Source: Endomicrobiales bacterium
GTDB lineage: Bacteria > Elusimicrobiota > Endomicrobiia > Endomicrobiales > CAWCFT01
Length of the DNA: 64,000 nt
Assembly: GCA_963794945.1 (NCBI GenBank)
Contig: CAWCFT010000018.1
Location: 1 to 64,000 of the forward strand
Reading direction: 5' to 3'
Below, piece after piece: positions 28,701 through 40,700 of the stretch (its first letter is position 1; each line of letters begins with the position of its first letter). The notes beneath the pieces were generated by a model, which was given only the letters and a program-made list of their open reading frames with translations, was not told the origin of the DNA and did no database searches. Position numbers and translations under genes: made by a program.

Positions 28701-29993
28701 GCAGACAATAACATAATTGAAAGCCAGCCTGGCCAGGAAATTGAACAGCATACAACTGCAACCCAAATTTTGACACAAAAACAATCCATACTGAGCAGTA
28801 CCGGGCAAGCGCTTAAAGCCATAGCCCGCGAAGTTGTGCTCTGGTACGGAAAATTCTATCAGTTGTCTATGCCGAAACAGTTCCAGGGCTTGCTGCCCAA
28901 GCCCTATAAGCCGCTGTACATCATGCAGGAAACAACCGGCAAACAATACGAACCACAGAAAGATTTGCTTAAACAATTTATCGAAAATAATGCGGAAAAT
29001 CTCGCATTGCCGCTGCGAAAACTGAAATATTTCAGGACGGAATTCAGCATTTCTGGTGATGGGGTAGTCAGCGATGTTCCGGAAAGAATATCTTCCTCAA
29101 CAAGACGGCCTAACACAAAAATATTAATCCGCTGGCAGGAATTCAGCGGTGGAAAAAACTTCTGGATGCCGGCGCCTGACGACCGCGAAATGGCCGCTAT
29201 GGCCACCGCGAATAATGGCGAAAGCTATACCGGCGTGCTATGGCAGGGAAGCTCACAAGATGAGCTGTATCTTGTCCTAGTTCCGGTCTCTGAATATTTT
29301 AAAGCGGGTTATAGCCTGTCTACCGCGACATTAAGATTGATCTATGAAACTATACTCAGCTTGGAACGCCGCAGAAAGGACGGTAATCAAATTGAGATCT
29401 CAAATAAGGAAAAAGAAGGGTTCGCCCACGCACTAGACTCATTGGACAGGCTTGGAACGCGCTGCTACACAGTCAATTTCAACGAAGAAAAGAAAGCAAT
29501 TATCAAACAAATTGACAATGAAACCCTTTCGCATGTAATCTACGAAACAATTATCAAACCTACTAATGATAAAGAGATGGAAAGATTATCCGAATTGAGT
29601 TCTGACCCTGCTATTCTACAACTGCGCGGCCCCGGCAGTGATGAGGGAGACGTGCTGGGAACTATTTTAGAACCCCTGCTAAACAGCAAACTGACAGCCG
29701 GCCAATTTAAACGTACATTCGATAATATTCACAGGGCAATGTTCCGTAATTTCATAATAATGGAGCGAAAAGAAAATTATACTATAGCTATTATTATGAT
29801 TAAAGAAATCTGCAATTCGTTAGATATGCCAGTTGAATTGCGCAAAAAACTGTCTAACCTGATGATGGGGATATTCTTCGATCAGAACGGTAAAAGCCGT
29901 GATGTTATAGTGCAGACCGCTGCTATGAAATATGCAGCAAAGAAGCTACAGCAGAGACAATCCATATCGTGGCGCATAAAACAGAACGCTTAA
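25635..29993 (+). CDS. Giant protein B fragment 2: GGFH end of N-domain, HExxH zincin, HAD hydrolase, repeat R1a
   Basis: TGGFH; VHELGH...SEYA...ENFAE; MDVHGTL...VSNT...YFDDS. Confidence 0.85.
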   Translation: MANCIKCPSAGEENPSCTDVTASLPRLNPKEIIVTITGGFHTRELQRLLQEKKVSCLTVTPNVSKGTEESNAIYMHLASQQAAVLNNPQLRPSSAAAKTINSNALQLAIESVQSGNAKLEAVANALWSYALTTADLNAVKDEIELYLQSNSISGSASIDAKAEAIVVTWKDVSGQSRTITISKNAEFGSLTLSSRAHSLLNDILPSLKAGEQAEKTAVGSFVLPVESMVAMGSLIVEVLASLELSLAADSLVTGDGLIYEISHNEELQKLLEKQINIDMQKLGQLPDWLQRALAVRGKARQGIAAELSKEDQSALMKALLSIQPVYDLLVSLNATRVIDSRQAKPDTGLKNGNVKKSNFYNYIRGGFVEEKDLPITDLQKDTINMLAKQAGITINGLENISWKEAHRVETLLKILPQNHLNRVKKVNYIVKILNPLVSGWTDFASKTINIVAKKRFNHDYGEVFVHELGHKVDTSPYAIKIIQSLMDFLLTCALYWVVMRVIFTGDQMSFHNAAFDIVSVFVITAISYIKSKIKASIGRKMVNTNSRISEYAATNDRENFAENYAYYVIFGGEFRRLAGTSAKLAKQYQKMKKIFNGIEYTRNENDDIVILEKNSENTVLPAEDKGMGLQELTKASDLAVSAQPDASQAPAAKGRPRSAPAGSQRYLHRLIDVLKLLQDEKLTKDRFLEAYYNFENLCSSARKDYSENMFLYRRAEVFKTFRVFTNPETLWDNTVAASIRASAENSIQSLQKELSAMEADTGTAMPRESIFDGLEETPNIRPVLAANKPVIAIMDVHGTLIQSSWKVAYEQVYFKLTGKRPPAQWILEKVWNKPDNEVAAMLSTQTGRPASEILDLINKNKSLVKSKSVPPALPGTLELVKALKEQGVTVKIVSNTPGKIVINQLEKAGFLNYISRDDIFYNDQPASKYFHRAKIIQNIITQNPGFNIVYFDDSFREISEISKQFGKRMTIFGVPDGKGIESENNRVELIKSGAHYIVLRKQGFPVEDILRWLDKAPKTISPADNNIIESQPGQEIEQHTTATQILTQKQSILSSTGQALKAIAREVVLWYGKFYQLSMPKQFQGLLPKPYKPLYIMQETTGKQYEPQKDLLKQFIENNAENLALPLRKLKYFRTEFSISGDGVVSDVPERISSSTRRPNTKILIRWQEFSGGKNFWMPAPDDREMAAMATANNGESYTGVLWQGSSQDELYLVLVPVSEYFKAGYSLSTATLRLIYETILSLERRRKDGNQIEISNKEKEGFAHALDSLDRLGTRCYTVNFNEEKKAIIKQIDNETLSHVIYETIIKPTNDKEMERLSELSSDPAILQLRGPGSDEGDVLGTILEPLLNSKLTAGQFKRTFDNIHRAMFRNFIIMERKENYTIAIIMIKEICNSLDMPVELRKKLSNLMMGIFFDQNGKSRDVIVQTAAMKYAAKKLQQRQSISWRIKQNA

Positions 29994-30012
29994 AACCGTT
30001 GCCCGCGAAATT

Positions 30013-31737
30013 GTGCTTGGCTATGAGAAATTTTACGAATCCCTGCCGGGATCTTTCCGGGATATGCTGCCCAAGCCGTACAAGCCGCTTCATATAGTCC
30101 CGGAAGAACGCGAAATATTCCCAGTTTCATATAATACGCAGGCGGTAGGTTATGTACCGGTAATCCCTCCAAACGCGTACAACGCTCTTTCTGATTCTGT
30201 CTTTAAAAGAACAATTGACGGCCTGATGCGGGAGATCAATGACCCGTTCAGTGAACTTGGAAGAGAAAGGCAAAGTATAATCACTAAAAGCGGCTTATCT
30301 CTGGAAGAATACAAAAGATTCATGCTGTGGCAGGGAAGGCAAAAGGGTATCCGCGGAACCAAGACTTTTTCGTATGTTGGCGGGTTTAATTCATTCAGGC
30401 CGTTCGCTGAATCCGAAGCTATTACCGATGTATATTCAATGGGGCTTGAATATTTTGGAAATGCAACAGATTTAATTGGAGCTTGCAAATCAAATTATAC
30501 CGGAAAGGCCTATGTATTGTCAGGAATGCAGTATGAAACATATGATCCAGTAAATCAATACCGTTATCATAAGGCGCCGGGAATCATGGCGATCGCTAAG
30601 ATCATTTCGTGGCTGGGTGGGAGTATAGAGGGCCTGTATTATTTTGACATAAATGAGAAAGGAGAGTTCGGTTTCCTTAACAAAGACGAAGCCATATCCG
30701 GCGACAAGCACAACGCGGTAATTGAATTTACCGTTGGCGGCACAACAAAACGTTTCTGGTACACACAGCAAGACATTTATACAATGACAGATAATTTTAA
30801 GCGCTATATGGGCAGAGTCGAGTTCGATAATTTTCTGATAACCGGACTAAACGGCCTTTTTATTTACATACTTCTAAAGTCTATGGGTGAACATTCAAAA
30901 GCGACTATAGAGGAACAGATGGCTCCCGCGGTCAGGAATAACGCGCTTGTAACAACAAACGCTTCCCGACCCTATGGCCGCGAACCTAATCCAATATGGC
31001 AAAAGGGGTATCCGGTACAGGTAATACCTCTTGAGCCCGGGCAGAAGTACGGTTACAGTGATGGAAATGCAGAACATGAAAATGCAGAACGTGGAGGAAA
31101 TATATTTTTCGGCAATGCCGAAGGCCTGGTCGGCTCATCCTGGCGGCCGGCTGGTAACGATGGCAACATTTTCAGCGCCTTAAGCATAGCGGCAGAAGAG
31201 GCGCTCAACCTGACCGGCACCGCACTGGAACAGCAACTGCAAAACATATCCGTTGAACTGGGAATGCTTGCAACCGAACATTTTACCCCAAACGCATATA
31301 TAGGAGCGCTCAAACAAACATTTATTGAAAAAGGCCGGGCATTCGGTATAAACTCCGGTAATATTATTGTCAAGCCCATCACGAAGTTTGAGCAGTTCAG
31401 GGACGCTGACGGCGGCATCCGGCTTTCAGTTTCGCGCCTTGCGCTGGAAAATGGAAAATACGTGCTTTATATACATCAGGGTTTTTTAAATGCCTTGTTT
31501 TCAATGAGTGATGAACAACAAAAGACAATATGGGAGCAGTACAAATGCGGCCCTCCGGAAGCCTTCGCGGTAGAAGAACTTCAGGAATTAGCTGAGATAC
31601 AGAAATTGGTCCAGCAAGGCACGCCCTTCGATAAAGCCTACGAGCAGTACCACGCATTTAACCCGCATAATGATATTTTCACTATTCTTAGCCGCGCGTC
31701 TCGCGAAAAAAGAAACGCTAATATTAAAAAACCATAA
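30013..31737 (+). CDS. Giant protein B fragment 3: repeats R2a and R3a
   Basis: The frame is open upstream of the listed start (LKTVAREIVLGYEKFY, a copy of 28810-28925). Homologous to 36046-37070 and 33232-33750. Confidence 0.8.
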   Translation: MLGYEKFYESLPGSFRDMLPKPYKPLHIVPEEREIFPVSYNTQAVGYVPVIPPNAYNALSDSVFKRTIDGLMREINDPFSELGRERQSIITKSGLSLEEYKRFMLWQGRQKGIRGTKTFSYVGGFNSFRPFAESEAITDVYSMGLEYFGNATDLIGACKSNYTGKAYVLSGMQYETYDPVNQYRYHKAPGIMAIAKIISWLGGSIEGLYYFDINEKGEFGFLNKDEAISGDKHNAVIEFTVGGTTKRFWYTQQDIYTMTDNFKRYMGRVEFDNFLITGLNGLFIYILLKSMGEHSKATIEEQMAPAVRNNALVTTNASRPYGREPNPIWQKGYPVQVIPLEPGQKYGYSDGNAEHENAERGGNIFFGNAEGLVGSSWRPAGNDGNIFSALSIAAEEALNLTGTALEQQLQNISVELGMLATEHFTPNAYIGALKQTFIEKGRAFGINSGNIIVKPITKFEQFRDADGGIRLSVSRLALENGKYVLYIHQGFLNALFSMSDEQQKTIWEQYKCGPPEAFAVEELQELAEIQKLVQQGTPFDKAYEQYHAFNPHNDIFTILSRASREKRNANIKKP

Positions 31738-34700
31738 CACCGGAAACAATATGGGGCTAATAACTGGCGGACAAAATGATGACATTTTAAGCCGTTGCAT
31801 AGAAAATAACGGAGAAAACCTCTCGTTTCCTTTTTTAAAGAAATTGCTTTATTACATGACAGGTTTTTCTATCGCGGGAACGGGCGCCGTCAGCGATGTC
31901 CCCGAAACAATTAACAACATTCCTTCACAGATAAAAAAAGAGGATGCAAGAATAGCCCTGTTTTGTCAAACACTGGACGGTAAAAACACATACGGCATGC
32001 CGACGCTTCAGAATATGGCAACTGCCGGTGAAATCCTTAACAGCAAAGAGCAGTGTTACGCTGGAGTTGTTTGGCAGGGAGAAGAACGGAATGAATTATA
32101 TATCGTTGCGGTTCCTGTTTCTGAAACAAATATCTACAACTTACAGCTGGGGATTCTTGGCCAGTACTTGATAACTATTGCAAAATTTGAGAGAACGCAG
32201 AAAAATATGAGCTCAACTGAAATTTCAGCCGTCAAACAGAATATATTCGCGGCTGCTTCAAGCGTATTGTCACAAATGGGCACCCGCGCTTACTCTCTTA
32301 CAATTGACCCGCAAAACGGCACGGCTATAAAACCTTTTCCGCTGGAAAGCCTCGTTAGTGTTATTTACGAGTCAAGCGTAAGGCAGTCTCTCATGGGAAT
32401 GTTCAAAAAGATGCAAGAAAGCACTTCCGAACAAGCGCTTTCAAAACTCCAGGGCCCTACCGCGGATGAAGGCGATGTGCTGAGCGTGATGCTGATTAAT
32501 TTTACCAGAAACAAAGATCGTTTATTGGAACAATCGTGCTATCGTACATACAAGGAAATCGTGGATGACATGTTCAAGCAATATCAGTATTTTGAAATTC
32601 ATGCGTATTACGCTTACATTGCGCAAATTGTAGCCAAGCACTGTGAAAAATCTGATCTGCCCGCGAATTTAAAAAAGCAATTTAAAGATATTATCCTGTC
32701 AACGTTCTTTGATAAGAACGGCAAAGCATTGAAGCCTTATCTCGCGGTAGCTCCAGAGTATTATGTTCTTAACAAATTGGCCGAGGCGGATATACTGGTT
32801 TTAAGAGAACGTGTTAAAACGCTTAAAGGGCCCACTCTCAGGTCAGGCCAAATATTAAATGTTCTTGAGATACTTGACGAGATGGATAGCAAGGACCTGC
32901 AAAAAGTCATTATAGTATTAGAAGACGCAATGATATGGATAGATTTTCTGAGCATTGCAGGAGACAGTTTTAATGTCAACATGGATGTGATGCTCCCAAA
33001 CTGGTGCCTGCAGTATTTTATAAAAAACGGCACGGACATAAACAGTAACAACCTGCAGACTTATGAATATGCCATATATGCAACAGCAAGACTTATTGCT
33101 GCCGTGCGGTATGATGAAAATAACCACAAACGCAGCCCTGAAGGCCTGGAAACAATACTCAGCTATATAAAGCTAAAAGCCAGATACCAATTAATAGCAC
33201 AGCAACAAAAGCAAAACAGCGGCAATTCAGATAATTTATTCAGCGCCTTAAGCGTAGTAGCAGAAGAGGCGCTCAACCTGACCGGCGGCGCGCTGGAACA
33301 GGAACTTCAGAAAATATCTGTCAAAATAGGCAGGCTTTTTTCCTGGCATTTTGCCGTAAATTCACACGCGGAAGCCCTCAAACAGATGTTTATTGACAAA
33401 GGCCGGGCATACGGTATAAATGCTGATAATATTATTATCAAGCCCATCACAAAATTTGAACAATTCACTGACGCTAAAGGCAAAACCAGGCTTTCTGTTT
33501 CACGCTTTGTGCCGGAGGACGGCAAGTATGTGCTTTACATACACCAGCGCTTTCTGGATGCCCTGTTTTCAATGACTGAAGAACAGAAGAATGATATTTA
33601 TGAGCAATACCACTGCGGCCCTCCGGAAACCTTCGCGATAGAAGAGGTTCAGGAATTCGCGGAAATACAGAAATTAGTCCAACTGGGCGTGTCCTTCGAT
33701 AAAGCCTACGAGCAGTACCACACAGCTAACCCCCACCACAATGTTTTTACCGAAACCGCTTTGCAAACAGCGGCAAAGCAGATAGACGTATTGAAGCGGT
33801 GCATAGAAAATAATAAAAATAACCTGGCTCTTCCATTAAGAAAACTGCGGTATTATTCAACCGGTTTTTCTATTTCTGATTCAGGCGAAGTCAGCGATGT
33901 ACCCGAAACAGTTAACGGCATACCCTGGCAGATTGATATACCTGACGCAAGGGTAGCCCTGTTTTGGCAAAAACTGGACGGCAAAGATAAATTCGGCATG
34001 CCGACACCCGCTGATATTTTAACTGCCGCTGGAAGCCTTGCGGGCAAAGAGCCGCGTTATGCGGGAGTTGTTTGGCAAAAGGAAGCTCAGGGTAATTTAT
34101 ATATCGTTGTAGTTCCTGTTTCCGCAAACAATAACTACGAAAGCGCGCTGAGAACGCTTAGCAAATACCTGTCAGATATCGCAGCTTTTGAAGGACAAGA
34201 GAAAGTAATTAATTCAGCCGATCCCTTCCCTGAAGAGCAAGATGCATATATGCTTGCCAGTATGCTACTGTCGCAAATGGGCGCCCGGGCCTACTCTGTT
34301 ACGATTGACCCGGAAAACGGCGCGGCTATAACCCCCATGTCACAAGAAAGCCTGGTGCGCGCTTTTTACAAACCAAGCGAGGAACAGACTGACTCAGAAC
34401 AACCCGATAAGAGGCAAACAAATATTTCGGAAAAAACTCTCTTTAACCTTCGGGGCCCGCACACTGACGAAGGCGATTTACTGGGTGTCCTGCTGCTTAG
34501 TTTTACTAAGAATACAGGCCTATTGCTGGAGGAACCGTGCTTTGTAATTTACAAAGATATCTTGACGGACACGATAAAACAAAAAATATATATTGACATC
34601 CACGAAGACTATTCGTCCGTCGAAAAAATTGTAGACAGGCGCTGTGATGAATCCGTCCTGCCGGCAAATTTAAAAAGGCTGTTGAAAGAGATTATTCTGT

Positions 34701-37700
34701 CAACATTGTTTGATAAGAACGCCAAGGCATTAGAGCCTAAAGTTCGCGCAAACGCGTGGGTTTATGTTCAAAACAAATTGGCCGAAGCCGACTTGCGTAT
34801 TTTAAGGGAACGCATAAAAATACTTAAAGGGCCGTCGGTCAAATCAGGTAAAATGCTAAATGTTCTTAATGCGCTTGATGCTATGGACAACTTTGACATT
34901 CAAAAAACCAACGTAATCTTATCTCAAGCTAAGGATTTATTAGACATATTGCAGAATAAATATGGAAATACTTTTAATAATAGCGTAGAAGATACGTTGA
35001 AATTATGGTGCATACAAAACAGCAAGATAAGCTCTGCGGCAGGCATCGATAATAACTTTGAAGCGCATTTTGATGCGGCAATTATATTTGCAAAACTGAT
35101 TATAGCGGTGTGGTATGACGAAAACAACACCAAACGCAGCCCTGAAGATATGCAAACAATACTCAGCTACTTACAGATTAAGGGCAGGCTGCAATTAATA
35201 TCACAGCAGCATAGCAAGGAACAAGTCAAAGAAAACGAGCAGGGACAGGACACATCCAATCATCTGGGTATCGGCCTTGAAGCAATTATCTGGGCCGCTC
35301 AAGGTATATTAACTATAATGCCCGGTGTAGAGCAGTCGGCGCTGACAGCTGTTGAACTCGCAAAGTCTATTATCAGAGGAGCAGTGATCGTTTCGAACAG
35401 CGGCGGCTTCGCCCGCGAATCAACCTATACGCTTGATCAGATTGTCCCTGAGCTGGCGCGCGACATAGAGTATTACAACACACTCTGCCCAGTCAACGGT
35501 TTAAGGCTTTCAAAAGTGAAAGTTCTTGAATCGAAGTCTGACTATATAGCCACCAATGACAGCCTTGGTTTCGCCAGCATGGAAACTCTGGCTTTTGACG
35601 AAGAGACAATGACAGTAAAAACAGCCGACAATAAGGGTAATCTCAAGACACTTACGGACCGCCTGCGCCACGAGTTTAACGAGAATATGGCCATGAATAT
35701 TGAAGGTTCGGTTCAATTCGCGGCTTTGAACTATTTCCTGGTCAAATCCCATGTAGCCAAACCCCACATGCCGAGGGGCAACTTGAGCGGGGAAGAGCTG
35801 ATAAACTGCTGGCACGCGTGTGAAAGCGACATTGCCGGGAACCAGGACGAGTACAGGGAACTGTTTAAAAACGATAAAGACCTGGAAGCAATTGAGAGGC
35901 TAATCGCTTTCGCGAACGAAGACTCTACAAAGCTGTTAAAAGTTTATAAGTCACTTTCCGAAATTATCGCTGGGCTGGCAAAATCAGTCCTCGCAAAACC
36001 AGTCGTTGTTGACAAAGTTGAAAAGCAGCCGCAAGTCTTCTCCAAATATATTCCAACAATCCCCCCAGGCGCGTTTAACGCTCTTACCAGCCCGGAATTC
36101 AAAAAGACAATCGACAGCCTGACGCAGGAGGTCAATGACCCGTATAGTAAAGTTGGGATAAAAAGGCAAAGCATCATAAAACAAAGCGGCCAGCCTCTGG
36201 AAAAGTATAAAAAATTTATGCTGTGGCAGGGAGAGCAAAAAGGCGTCCGCGGAAAAGGGATGTTTTCGTGCGCCGGCAGGTTTAATTCGTTCAGGCCGTT
36301 CGCTGAGTCCGAAAATATCACCGATGTTTATTCCAACGGCCCTGAATATTTTGGGAATACAAACGATATTATAGAAGAATACAGCGCAAAATACGATGAT
36401 AGATCCTATATACTTTCAGGGATCCAATATGAAACATATGATGAAGGAAAGGCGGCCTGGCCTAAAAAGGCGCCGGGTATAATAGCTATCGCCAAAATCA
36501 TATCTTGGCTGGGCGGCGCTATAGACGGCGTGTATTATTTTGACGTAGATGAAACGGGCAGATTTAGTTTTGTCAATAAAAATGAAACCATTTCCGGCAG
36601 CAGGCACAACGCGGTAATTGAATTTACAGTAAACGGCGTGAAAAAGCGATTCTGGTATACGCAGCTGGATGCCAAAGCGTTGACAGATAATAATAAACGC
36701 TATATAGACAGAATCGGGTTCGACAATTTCCTGGTAACCGGCCTCAACGGGTCTATAATGTATGCTGACGATAATGGAGTGCGGGATTATGACGACCTGT
36801 TAAAAATCCGGTCAAAAAACACTGGTGAACAAGAGAGATCAAAGACAATAATAGAGCTGCAAATGGCTGCAGCGGTCAGAAACGGAGCGCTTGTAACAAT
36901 AGATGTTTATAAGTTCGAAGGCGAAACGGCTTATCGTCTATGCTACAGAGGCTATCCGGTAAAAACGATATTGCTTAAACCCGGTCAAAATTACGGCTAT
37001 AACACCGGAAAGGCTGGAGGGAAAATATATTTCCTCCGCAATGCCGAAGGCTTGATAGGCTCACAATGGCGGCGCAACGACATCAACCTCAATGACAAGC
37101 CTAATATATTAAGACAAACACTGATGTTTTTATTGATACCTTTTTTCGCTTTTAACTCATACTTCCCGCAGCTAAAAGCAGCTCCGCATGATACCGCAGT
37201 AACGAGCAAGCTGTCTGCGGCATATCTGTACAGGGCAAGCGCCGGAAAGGCTATTGACTGGCTTGCGCGTGGTTCGGAATACGCGCGTATGAAAGGATTC
37301 CTGCAAAGGTATTTTGATATCGAGAACCCTGCCGCTGATATGCAGGCATTGATCAAACGCGCATCGCGCGGGTTTGACAGCGACATGGAAACCCGGGCGG
37401 TTGACCTTATCAACAAAATGAGAAAAGCCGTACCTGACGGTTTTGTTTTTTCGAAGCTTGGCGCGGGCGATTTTTCGCTATTGATGCACATTCTCAGGAA
37501 CCCTGAACTTGAAATTCTACTATTTGATAGGGAAACGCTTGAAGTGTATTTATCAGAGAATATTATAGGAGGCGTCCCCGCCGCGCAATTGTCTAATTTG
37601 CAGATGCTTCGTATATATCTGATCTCCGAAGCACTAAGCGATTATGCCCCGGTCTCAACACAGGACTCGCTCGCAAGAATCATCTACAAAAATATGCAGG

Positions 37701-40700
37701 AAACTGACAAAGGCAATAAGAACGGCATATCGGGCAGGGCTGTTTTTGAGCAGGGAAATATAGGTTTTCATGAGGGAAACCTCAACTTTGGTGAACAAGG
37801 GGAAATATTTTCACCTGATATTTTGTGCGCTTTAGATATAGATGTTCCTGATTCGGCAGCAGCAGGAATAAGCGAGCTTCCACGCCTGGTTATTAAAACT
37901 CTCGGGCATCCCTACGGTTATGACGAAGTTATTGATGTCAACAGCCTAAAGGCCGCCGTTATCATAAGCGGCAAGGATGAATCGGGACAGCCTTACAGCA
38001 TAAATCTGGGAGAGCGTATTTTGTCATGCGATGAGAACAGATCTGCTCCTGCAGAGCAGCCGGAGCCTGAAGAAGATACAACTTACCCTGCAATAGATCA
38101 TATCGCTGCAACCGGCAACCATCTGGGTATCGGCGGCGAAGTTGTTCTCGGGGCCGTTAATATCATAACCGATTCGATTTTGGAAATTTTTATGCAGCTG
38201 CCCGGAGCGGCCGAGGCGCAGTTAACCGCCGCCCAGCTGGTTCAGGAATTAACGGATTCGTTCATAAAAAGAACGAGCCATGAGGAATTTTATCCCGCTA
38301 AATACTACTTGCCCGAAGAACTTGATACCAAACTTGCCCGAGATATAGAATACTATAACTCGTTCCGCCCGGACGGCGGTGAAAAACTTGAGAAAATATC
38401 GGTTGTCGAATCGAAAACGGGATATATCGCAGCTGAAAATGGGCTCGGTTTTGCCAGCATGGAAAACCTTGCTTTCGATAAGAATACAGTTATTATTAAA
38501 ACGGCTTACAATAACGACCGCGCAAAAACACTGGCCATGCGGATAAGGCATGAGATCAATGAGAATATGGCAAGGAACGTCGCGGGCTCCGTGCAGTTTA
38601 CAGCGCTGGACCATTTCCTTGCCAAAGCCCACCGAGCCCGGGACAGCCTGAGTAATGACGAGCTGACAAATCACTGGCACGAGTGTGAAAAGGATATTGC
38701 TGGTAACCAGGATGAATACAAAGCGCTTTTCAAAACTGCGCAGGATACAATAGCTATTGACCGGCTTATCAGTTTTACCCTGAAAGACCTCAAACAGCTC
38801 AAAAAGTCCGGCAAATCCATACCTAAAATCTTCGCAAAATTTATCCGGTTTTTCCTTGAGAGCAGGCGGATAGAGCTCCCCGATGAAATATCCGCGGCTA
38901 TAACATCCAAAATTATTGATTACTTCGATAGCTTAAAACCATCTGTAAAACCGCCCGCCGAGATGAAGCTTGGTGAATTTGCCGATCCCGCCGATCTTTA
39001 TTCAGCGATGAAAGCGGCAATCGCGAAAAACGCTGCAATAAAAGGAAAATCATTCGATTTTGCTTTGCTTGACAAGGCATACAAGCTTGTGATCGATGAG
39101 CATGGAACCCCGGACCAGCGCCGCGGTGACGGGCGGCCGTATTATTTCCATCCCCTTGAAATAGCATACTACATATCGGTTGACCTGGAAAAAACCAATC
39201 AAAACCTTATTCTAGCGGCTCTTTTGCATGATATAGTAGAAGATGATACATCTATTTCATATGATGACATACCAAAATTGTTTAATAAAGATGTCGCTGA
39301 TATCGTAGATGACCTGACACATAATGACAACCTCAGCAAAAACAAGGGACGGCTGTACAAGCGCCTTGAACACATAAATCGTATATTGACGAAAAGCAAC
39401 AAAGACAGCATCTTGATAAAGGCTGCCGACCGCCTGCACAACCTGTTAACCGATGCAAGGGCTCCTCATCCAAAAGCCGGATATATGGACCTTATTGAAA
39501 CACAACAGTGGATGAAATTTGTCATGCGGCCTGAGGTTCCCGGGCCATTAAGAAGACAACTTCTGTTATTGTTAGAGTCAAAACTCAATGACCAGATAAT
39601 CAATGAGCCTCTGTCTCCGGAAGCCGCTGCGGCCACCGGAAGTACGGTAACAAACCTTTTGCCGGGAGAAACAGCTGATTACTTACAAAAGTTAACCGCT
39701 TTCGCTGACGAATACCAGCTCCTTCGCACACTGATCCCTGTAAAATCCAATGAGAATAACGAAATACAGCTGGCGAGTGCTGGCGGCATGCAGTGGCCTG
39801 AGCTTACTAAAAAGCTAAACCATTTTAGTTGTCAGGCAACCATTATAGACCGGAATGTTATCGCGCCATATGAACAGCCCGGCCTGATAGACGCTCATTC
39901 CGCTTTATCAAGATTGATCGGCTACGGAGTTGAGAGTTTCGATAAATACCGCGCGGTTTACTACGCGGCGCAAAACACCGACTTTTTAAATGCTCTTAAG
40001 GGTTACACGTTTGAAACATTCCCCTGGCAAAAGCTCTGGGGCCCTTATTTTAAAGAGGCATCAATAGCCTGGGCAGTCAGAAACCTTATCGGCACCTCGG
40101 CGGCATTTGAAGAGTTTAAAGTGTTAGCAAGAGACTCGGCTCTCATTCGGCTTATCAATTCTGAGTCAAGAAACAGGAGGCTCTATTTTGATTCCGAGAT
40201 CCTCTATGTGGACGGTGTTTATACGATACCCGTCGCGTCGATTAAACCACTCCCCGCTGAAAAAATAGTTATCTTAACACCTCTGGGCCCTTCTTCCCGC
40301 CAGGTTTGTATTGAGCCTGTACTGCTGCGGCTGGGTAAATTTCTACGGGAACGCGGCTGGAATCTACATGTCAACTGGGGCTCGATGCCGGCAGGCTACG
40401 ATGGTTTCAGCATTGCAGGTGCCCAGGGTATTTTCGATAATAACGCAAATATTCCGGCCGGTAATATTACTCCAGCCCATTTGGAGGAAATAAACCGGCT
40501 CAAGAACGTTTCAGAAGAATCAAAGGGAACTCCTTATACATTTCAGCCGGATTTTTTCTACCCAAGTTACTTCGCCAATGAAATGCCGCGGGCGATACTT
40601 GCCAACTTTGCCGAGCTTATGGACCATGTCCAGTTCGCCTTCGCGGACAGCTCAAGGCTTCCAGCCGCAGGATTCACCATTAAAGATCACGAACCCGTTG

